Below the pieces are notes generated by a model. That model had not been told where the DNA came from, did not search any database, and saw only the letters and a list, made by a program, of their open reading frames with translations. Both the position numbers and the translations under genes were made by a program. Shown piece after piece: positions 55,036-64,000 of a DNA stretch of 64,000 bases (position 1 is its first letter; each line of letters starts with the position of its first letter). Where the stretch lies: the NCBI GenBank assembly GCA_964016885.1, contig OZ024745.1, forward strand, positions 70,370,001 to 70,434,000, written 5' to 3'. The stretch is from Eledone cirrhosa (taxonomy: Eukaryota).

Positions 55036-56072
55036 CAGACCAGTCATTCTCTCTATCTTCTCTACTCAGTTTATTTATTAAGAGTATTCATTGACACCTT
55101 CACGCCAGTCCAATTCCGTTAACTTACTCTCTATTTTTGTTCATGTGAACGTTAAATATGTTTCTTTTCTGGCATGCGTTTTTAAACTTTATTTTACCTC
55201 TTCTATTACCTTCTCATATTGTTGCTATGTGTGTGTGTCATCTTTTTCAAACTCTATTTGCTTCTAAAACGTGCAATTAAGACACGAACAGGAGGGTAAG
55301 ATATTTTTACATTCTCTAATTCAATTACCTTTTCATAATTGCATACTGTTCTCAAGAATATGTAAATATTTAAATAGCATACATGTGTTATTCAAATAAT
55401 GTGTGTAAAATTTGATTTCTTCATTTGAACTTATAATGTATATTGAAGAGGACAATATCTTTAGCATCTTTCCCAATGTCTGTTTATGTTCAGTCATATG
55501 ATTATTAGGAAAAAAGTAACGATACATTATGAACACCATTGTCGATCGATAAAAAGGTGACAGCCAAGAATATCACATAATAAAAGAGAATATAAGTCTT
55601 GCCAATAAAAAGATATGTTCCATCGCGCTGTAAAATATGAAACAAGTCATTTTTCGAGTTTATTACCAGAATCAGAACACTAAAACTAAAATTGAAACTG
55701 CAAGGAAACAGGTTTCAATCCACCAACCGTCATACTCACCTAATTCGCATTCTCTGTATATAATCTGGAAACAGTGACCTGAACTGAATACTGAAATTGA
55801 AATGTTTATAACATATGTAACTTGTTGATGAAGGACTTAATTATGGGCTACTGAAATATTAAAAAAAGGAACGTTGCATTTATGTGAATGTATAAGTCAA
55901 TGTGTGTGTCTGTGTCTGTATGTGTGTGCGTGTGTGTGTAGCTGTAATATATACACATTATGGGATCATAAGTTACCGAGTTTTATATGACTATATGGCG
56001 TCTTAGGCAAACGCCATTTACCGTCGTTGGTGGTCACTGGTGGGAAACCTATCAAACAGACATTAGACAAAT

Positions 56073-56247
56073 ATCAGTAGAGGGTCGGACGCCATGCTTT
56101 CCAGCATAGAGTTACGCCCCTTTACGGTCTGAGTTCAAATCCCGCCAAGGTTAACTTTGCCTTTCATCCTTACGGGGTCGATAAAATAAAGTACTATTAA
56201 TGCACTGGGATAATTGCTGGCCTTGTGCCAATAGTAGAAACAATTAT
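56073..56247 (+). mobile_element. SINE copy
   Basis: Consensus match, slightly 5'-truncated. Confidence 0.9.
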
Positions 56248-56843
56248 ATCTAATACAAATGGCAAGTTTCTCACACACCGTCCCGATGGATCACCTCGGG
56301 AATTACCCCAAAACTAGACGTGTACGTAGACCGCTGTCACATTGACATCAATTTCATGAGCAGATTGCTCAAGTGATCGAAAAACTGAAAGATTCATCGT
56401 CGAAACGACGGAAGTCATGTATCTGTATATCTATACATAAACAGCATGCAATCATTTACAGGAAAATATTTGGATCATGCAAGTCAGTTGAAATTCCATA
56501 TTATATACTTTGACCTTATTATGTTGGCTAAAATAGCTTGTTTCTTTCTTATGCACATATAAATTTTCTAGAGTAGTTCTCCCATCCAATAGATACATAA
56601 ATGATACACATAACTGACGTAAAAGCAGATTAGAAATATGTTCTTCGCTTGGTTATGTTGAAGACATATGTTTAATCATATTGATTTCTCATATGGATTG
56701 TTACACATAGGCAAGTAGAAATTAAAACTGTTTGGAAGTAGGTAAAATTCATACGAGAAATTCATTATTTTTTCCGTTTGTTTCTCTTTATACTTTATGG
56801 CTAAAGCTTTGAAATAACAAAATCGGTAGAACAACGGTCATTG

Positions 56844-56943
<100 letters not shown>

Positions 56944-56996
56944 TATATAAATATATATAATATATATATATATATATAATCGGGAGAACAACGGTC

Positions 56997-57071
<75 letters not shown>

Positions 57072-58257
57072 TCAGTAATTAATCTACACAACCACATAAC
57101 CAAAATTCAACTCAGGCAGAAACTTTCTTCTGACATGATGTAATAGTTTCGCGTCTTGGTTGTGTACAAAATAACTAAGATCACAAAATCATGTTTAATG
57201 TCTTGTATAATCAATAAACATTAGATTTGTCTTGTTATACATCTTTTAGGAAAAATAGAAAATTACAAAAGCAATGTTATTGAATTTTCTCAAACTGGAA
57301 TATATACAGTTTGTGTTTTGTTAAATTTGCGAAGAAATGGAAAATCGTTTTAGAGTAGACAACAGCAAAGACGTAATAATATTTACATATGAATGCATTT
57401 ACAAAGTTGCTTTCAGGAAAGAATGGTTCCTTATTTCGTTCAATGCTGCTTTAACTTATTGAAGTGCATTGAAAGAAAGCTTGTTCTATTTTATTTATTT
57501 GCCATTGATCATATATTGTCCACAACTCCGAGAGCAAAATAATATTCACCTCTAGATTTGGAATGTTTATTAACCATTGTGTGTGTGTGTGTGTGTGTGA
57601 ATATAAAAAGAAATAAAGTACAACAAACCAAGCAATAAAATTCAATGATTAGAATTGTATTGAAGTCAATACTTCTAATCATATAGCGTTATGTTACGCA
57701 GGTAGAACACCGTTATAAATATGCTGTACTGATTATATATTGTTCAATTGAGTTAGATGCCTTATATTATAGACAAATATTTAGAGGTCAAATAAAATAC
57801 CAAATAATAATGATGCTACAATGCCTTAACATATAATATTAATAAAAAATAATATGCTCGGTAGAAACGTCATTATTTTTCATGGTCAACAATATACTAG
57901 AGTTTGGGAAAAGAAATTGCTATTCAATTCAACGCAATTGTTTATTTGTATGAGTTAGTCACAAGGAGAGAACATCATCGATGACGATTACCTGTACCTG
58001 ACGACATACTGCATTAACGGAAAATGTTGTCCTGAAACTGTAAGGCTGGTCTGAATGGTGCTATAAAACTCATGAAGCCGGCGGTGGTGCTTAACCGGGT
58101 GCTATATTGCGTCTAATACAGCAATTTGATATACATTGATAAGGAAGGTAAGGACTTCTTACAATGGAAACAAATTATTATGTATTGATGACAATAATAA
58201 TAAGAATAAAGCTAGAATATTTGATGGGGGCGGCAGTGTTATCTGTTTAAATCAATC

Positions 58258-58360
58258 GCAATACTGATTGATACTTGTTTCATTGAACCCGGAAGCATAG
58301 AAGCTTGGAGGGCAAAGTTGATCTCGGCAAAATTTGAACTCCCAGCGTAAGAAACTGGAA
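58258..58360 (-). mobile_element. Old diverged SINE copy
   Basis: GGCAAAGTTGATCTCGGCAAAATTTGAACTC. Confidence 0.55.
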
Positions 58361-59610
58361 CATATACGGAAAATCCTCAATATATGGTTTTAGTTTTATT
58401 GATCAAACCTGGCACAAAATACTTGAACATATGTGAAGATTAGAAAACAACAATATTCTACTGAATATCTATTCTGGCTTCGCATACATTACCTGACATC
58501 TTGTGCAAGAGTAACTCATTTACTATGGCCTCGCTTAGAACCAAGCCTGGTGAATGAAATTAGAATGGCAGAAAGCCTTTAGAAGCGCGTCTGATGAAAT
58601 GTACCAGTATTTAAAAGACCCAGCCTTGTTATACAATGTGGCATGTTGAATCTTTCTTAGATTTTTGTAAATCTCGTGAGTAGTATGATATTTCTTTGTT
58701 GGAACAACGGACGAAATCGTCGTCGAATATGATGGGAGTCCCTTCCATTCCGTTCAAATCGGGCCTACCTAATCGACTCTACCAATCACCTAAACTTCAG
58801 TTCACGAGTTCTATTCTAGAAATCAATACGAAATTGATATGTTTTATCAGACATAAAATGGCTGTCCTCCGAATCGTTGTCACTGTATTTTTAACTAATT
58901 ACCTACATTTATCCAGAATATGTCTTAGATAAGAATCACTGATTTACTGTTGAGTTAATAGTATAATCGATCTGTCCCTTTTACGCTAAGCAACTGTCAT
59001 CAAGCTACTGTTGTCTGATTGGTATACGTAACAGTTGTTATATCACGTGTGATGTTAGCGCGGAATTCTATCTTTATTTCACATTATTCATTGGTAAACA
59101 TCTAAACGTAACTGAAAACCAATAATAACACGTAAACGGATTTGCTGGTCTTTAAAATTTCACGCAACGGGAAGCCCAAGTGCGCATTCTTACTCGCACG
59201 TCATACACACATACGTACATAAGTTCGATCACTTATTGTAGGTTTGTGTAATTCCCTAGACTAAACATTCGCTCAATAAAAGACTCAATATTTCGTGTAG
59301 ATTTGAATATTTATTGCCACTGAAATCTTTGCTGATACTATCTTCTCGATACTGTGTTCAATAAGGTGGAATTTTCCTTATATATGACAAAATTTTGGCA
59401 TCCATAAATGTAGTAAGTCGAAGTAGAAAACATACAGGTGGGACGTTTGTGGAGAGAATGGAAGTAATTCATAAAAAGAAAGGTAATATTCGGATATGAA
59501 AGATTGGATACGTGCTTATTCACCCTATTTGTAAATATGGTATGGAGTTGAGATAAAGGTCGTTGATACAAATAAATTCATGTATGTGTTTGTTTGTTTG
59601 TGCGCGTGCG

Positions 59611-59668
<58 letters not shown>

Positions 59669-59706
59669 TGTGTGTGTGTGTTTGTGTGTGTCTGTATGTC
59701 TGTATG

Positions 59707-59741
<35 letters not shown>

Positions 59742-62297
59742 CTGTAGCAATATTCGTAGGCGTGATAAAAAAGAAGAAGGAAAACATTGCTCAATTGGAA
59801 AGAGTGCAGAATACAATTTTACTCATGTCCATACACGGAACAAAAGGGCTACACAAGGTTTCAAGGCTCAGTATAGACCGTCTAACCAGAATTTAAGAGG
59901 GATCAAAATGTATTCTATGTTAAACAAGTATGAACGCCTGAAGATATGTAACATTTTTATCCCTAAGGTGGGTGAAAATGAAATTTTGCTTGTGAAAACA
60001 TTTTGCCATTCATTTTTTCTTCTTGTCCTCTATTTTTCCAACTCTTCATTTATCCCTGAATGAAGTAGTAGCGTACGAAACATTATGAGATCTTTCCTTC
60101 TGTATCAAGCATTCGACTAATATATATATATATGTATATTATCATTTTCATATTTTGTCTTCTATGTTGACCTTTCTCTTGTATATAACTATATATATAT
60201 ATATATATATGTAAATGTGTGTGTGTGTAAATATATGTATGTGTATATATTTAGGTATAAATATCTTAAGAATCTGTAGCTTACCAATAATTTAAGGAGT
60301 GAGAATTTTCGTTTTTAATAATTTTCCCCAAAACTACAATACTAGAATTATACTTTATTCTATGGTGTACTGTCATTGTAAATTCGTTAAACTGGCACAT
60401 CTTAACACTTTCAGATTAAAACATTATCTTTCGACTTAACGTGCCAAAATCATTTGTCTGTGTTTTCTTTCATGTATTTTATCTCGAAAGTCATTTTACA
60501 GCAGTTAAAACTGAATAGACAGTCACATACTTCACACCACATAATAATTCTATTACATAGTAATTTCCATAATTGTGGCTTCCAACACAATACTTTCTTA
60601 CTACTGTATATTAATATATAGTTTAAGAACATTATTGTATATATAATGTATATAGCATACAAAAGCAGCGACTAACAGAGCCGTTAGTACGGTGGATATA
60701 ACGATTTGTACTTTTCGTTCAAGCTCTTTGCAAACTGAATACAAATTATTTAATTTGAGCCTTCCTAGTTTAGCACCGAAGCCAATCCTTCCTCTAGTTC
60801 TTTCTCTATTTCCTTGCAAGAAACTATCTGCGTTCCGGCCTTGGGGAGGATGGTGGCTACATATTTCTAACGCGTTTTAGGCTCATGCTGGATGTACATA
60901 TATATAAAGTGAATTAGGTTATGATCCCTACTATGGGACCAGTACGAGCTCCCTAAAATCATCATAGCATAAATATGGAAGAACATATTGAACAGTTGTT
61001 GTACGAGCTATCTACGTTTTCATGATTGATCAATGTAGTAAAACTATCATATCAATCACTCCTCAATCTTACTTTTTACTACCTGAAAATAATAAAAAAA
61101 AAAGGACGATGTTGTTTTAGACATTCAAATAGAAAGAATGGTTATGACTAATATACGTTTGATCATATGTCTATTCTATGAGGTCCGATTCTAGGCTAAA
61201 TAACAATATAATAGTCTATGTTTAGGATAGAATATTAATCATGTCAACAAACTTCAATTATATCAACCATCTTATTTCCTTTATGTGTCTGTTTTAGAAA
61301 TAATTAATTTACACATATGTCAATCGTATCAACCTTTTATTTCTTATGAAGTTTTCTTCTGGTAGTCTATTTTTAATTCTACGCATAAAATAATCAATTT
61401 GCGGTAGCTATTTCTATCTATATACTCTTATGTTTTCAACCTTTTTCTATTCCCAAATTAGTCCCAGTCTCATATGATACTAATTTAATTGTACATGTAC
61501 TTCTACAGTGTTTTAGTTCAAATATTTATCTCTCAAGGTTTTACTACATTGAAACACACATTGTGATAGATATTAAAGATTGTTTACTTTTCAATGCAGC
61601 TTACTTTCTTCTTTTGAATCATTACTATGCTCTCGCATATATTCATGAAACTCAATATATTCATTAAGGAAAAGTGGGAAATATTAAATATTTGCGCAAT
61701 ATATTTCTGCAGGCAGTTCAATTTACAGTAACACTCAATACAAACAATGCAAATAACGTAACTTGTTCTTCAATCTAAAATTATATAAATTATCTAAATT
61801 ATCCAACATTATTTTTTCATATGATCAGAAATACTACAAACAATAATTGTAACAAATGAATTTATAAAATACTTTATAAACATAATACTTTACTAAATGT
61901 CTGCTTTGTTTATTACTGCATCATGATGCATTATATAAAGTCATGTAAGCATTTATTGGTTATAACAGAGAAGTTTTGTACGTTATTGGCTAAATTAGAT
62001 AATGAATTTATTGTTCGATCTAAGCGACAATATCAAGGACAATTCCGCAGAAAAACGAAACAAAATCTGAGAAAATTATAGAAGTTGTATACGTCTTGTC
62101 TGGAAGGTTGGTAGTAATGAATAGTATGGCAAAATTATGAATTTCTATAATAAGAATATAAGTTCTAACGATATCAAAGAGATAAAATATCAAATGTCAC
62201 AGTTGTCATCAATTCTTGTACAATACATATTTCATTGCCATTTCGTCTTAAAATAAAACATTCCATACGAGAGAGAGAGGGGGGGGGGAACAGACAG

Positions 62298-62330
62298 AGA
62301 GATAGATAAGTAGATAGATAGTTAGATATG

Positions 62331-62388
<58 letters not shown>
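62298..62388. repeat. (GATA)n microsatellite
   Basis: Direct reading. Confidence 0.95.
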
Positions 62389-62389
<1 letters not shown>

Positions 62390-63623
62390 ATGGGAGAAAT
62401 AAATTTTAATATCTGAATTTACAACCTATTTCTTTGCTCCATTTTAGTACGTATTATCTATTTCCTTATACAGAGGGAATTCTATATTCACTACAGACTT
62501 CTGTTTCGTATATTTTAAAAACAAAACTATTTCCCACTCTCATTTTTCACAATTTTAAAATCTTTTATTTGCTATTTCATTCTTTCTGCCACTGTTACTG
62601 CTCGTATCTTTGATTTTTCGTTGTACTTGTTATGCTTTTTTTATTTTCTCCTAATATACATTATGTTTTCTGTATGTTGTTGTCTTTCTACATATAACCA
62701 CTGTTTATGTAGCTTTCGTTTTCCTCTCAATATTTACTCCCTTACGTTGCTATCACTTATGTCTTCCTTTCCCTTTTTCTATCAATATTTATCTCTATAA
62801 ATACATTTAAGCTTCCTCTAACTCACACAATTCGCTCTTCTGCGTTACCAAATGCAGTGCAGCCGAACACACTTCATCCTTTAACTTTTATCAGCATCAT
62901 CATTGATTTTTACTCTGTGGCGGACAGGTGGCGCCACCAACAGTTTTACCTCACTTGTTTATTTATTTATTTATCTATGTATTTATTTATTTATTTATTT
63001 ATTTATTTATTAGTTTTGTTTTCTCACTCCCGCTCTGTATGCCGTTTTCGAAATCGTTTGGAAACAAAAGAGAAAAAATGTTTCATACTCCGAATAGAAG
63101 TAAAATGAATGTGTGGGAATGTAATACGGAAAAGTATGATAGAATATGCAGTGTATTGAAGAAGAAATAGATGAAGCAGGAGAAATAACATCAAGAGAAA
63201 AGTGAATAAAAGCTACAAGAAAGCAGATGACTACAAAGTGTAGGCACGGGAGACTAGAAATGTGTGAATATATATGTACAAGTGAACGTAATATATTTAC
63301 TGAAGAAGTATCAATATAAAAAGCAAGATAAAGTAATGCGTAATGGAAATAGAAGGAACAGAACAGGGACTAATGAAAATGAGAAAAGACCATTAGATGT
63401 TTAGAGGATTCAAAAATAAAACTACAAATAGGAATAGATATAAGTATTCCCACATTTTTATAACATGCAGACGCAAAGAAACTATCGGCTATGCAGTAAG
63501 AAAATATAGATATTTCGGCAAAAGAAAAACAAATAAGGAGAAGAAAAATTGTTTTCTTAACAATTTAGAAAAAAACAAAATTTCCCAATAAATTTAAGGT
63601 GTTCTTGATAAATAAAATCAAAC

Positions 63624-63757
<134 letters not shown>

Positions 63758-63916
63758 TATATATAGTATATATATATAGTATATATATATATATATACTA
63801 TATATATAAATATATATACATACATATATATATACACACACACACACACATATATATATATACATACAGTATATGTTTATATATACAGTATAGATATATA
63901 TATACAGTATATATAT

Positions 63917-63986
<70 letters not shown>

Positions 63987-64000
63987 TATATATATATATA

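Noticed and set aside
57960-58150. Exon encoding ENIIDDDYLYLTTYCINGKCCPET
   Set aside because: Short, no recognisable family and no clear splice acceptor

Overview
AT-rich, microsatellite-laden eukaryotic DNA with no confidently identifiable host gene. The dominant tRNA-derived SINE and the (TA)n/(TG)n load resemble octopod cephalopod genomes; this is an inference from memory, not a database match. The window holds about 16 SINE copies, many with clear TSDs. It also holds fragments of R4/Dong-like REL LINEs stacked in (TAA)n and an RTE-like LINE fragment in (TA)n. There are two decayed Penelope-like elements (PLEs; RT + GIY-YIG), a non-autonomous Helitron and TA-flanked MITEs. The most striking signal is a set of short non-coding inserts from at least seven families, each embedded in (TA)n. 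Most are fold-back palindromes with one long and one short arm, and most carry a type I hammerhead ribozyme (HHR) motif or half-motif. Several have palindromic stem III or catalytic-core variants (U3:A8 covariation, U4A, one-nucleotide insertions). Independent copies of a family reuse the same two end points, suggesting (TA)n-primed twin-priming retrotransposition of PLE terminal-repeat RNA. All folds were done by eye and no activity is shown.
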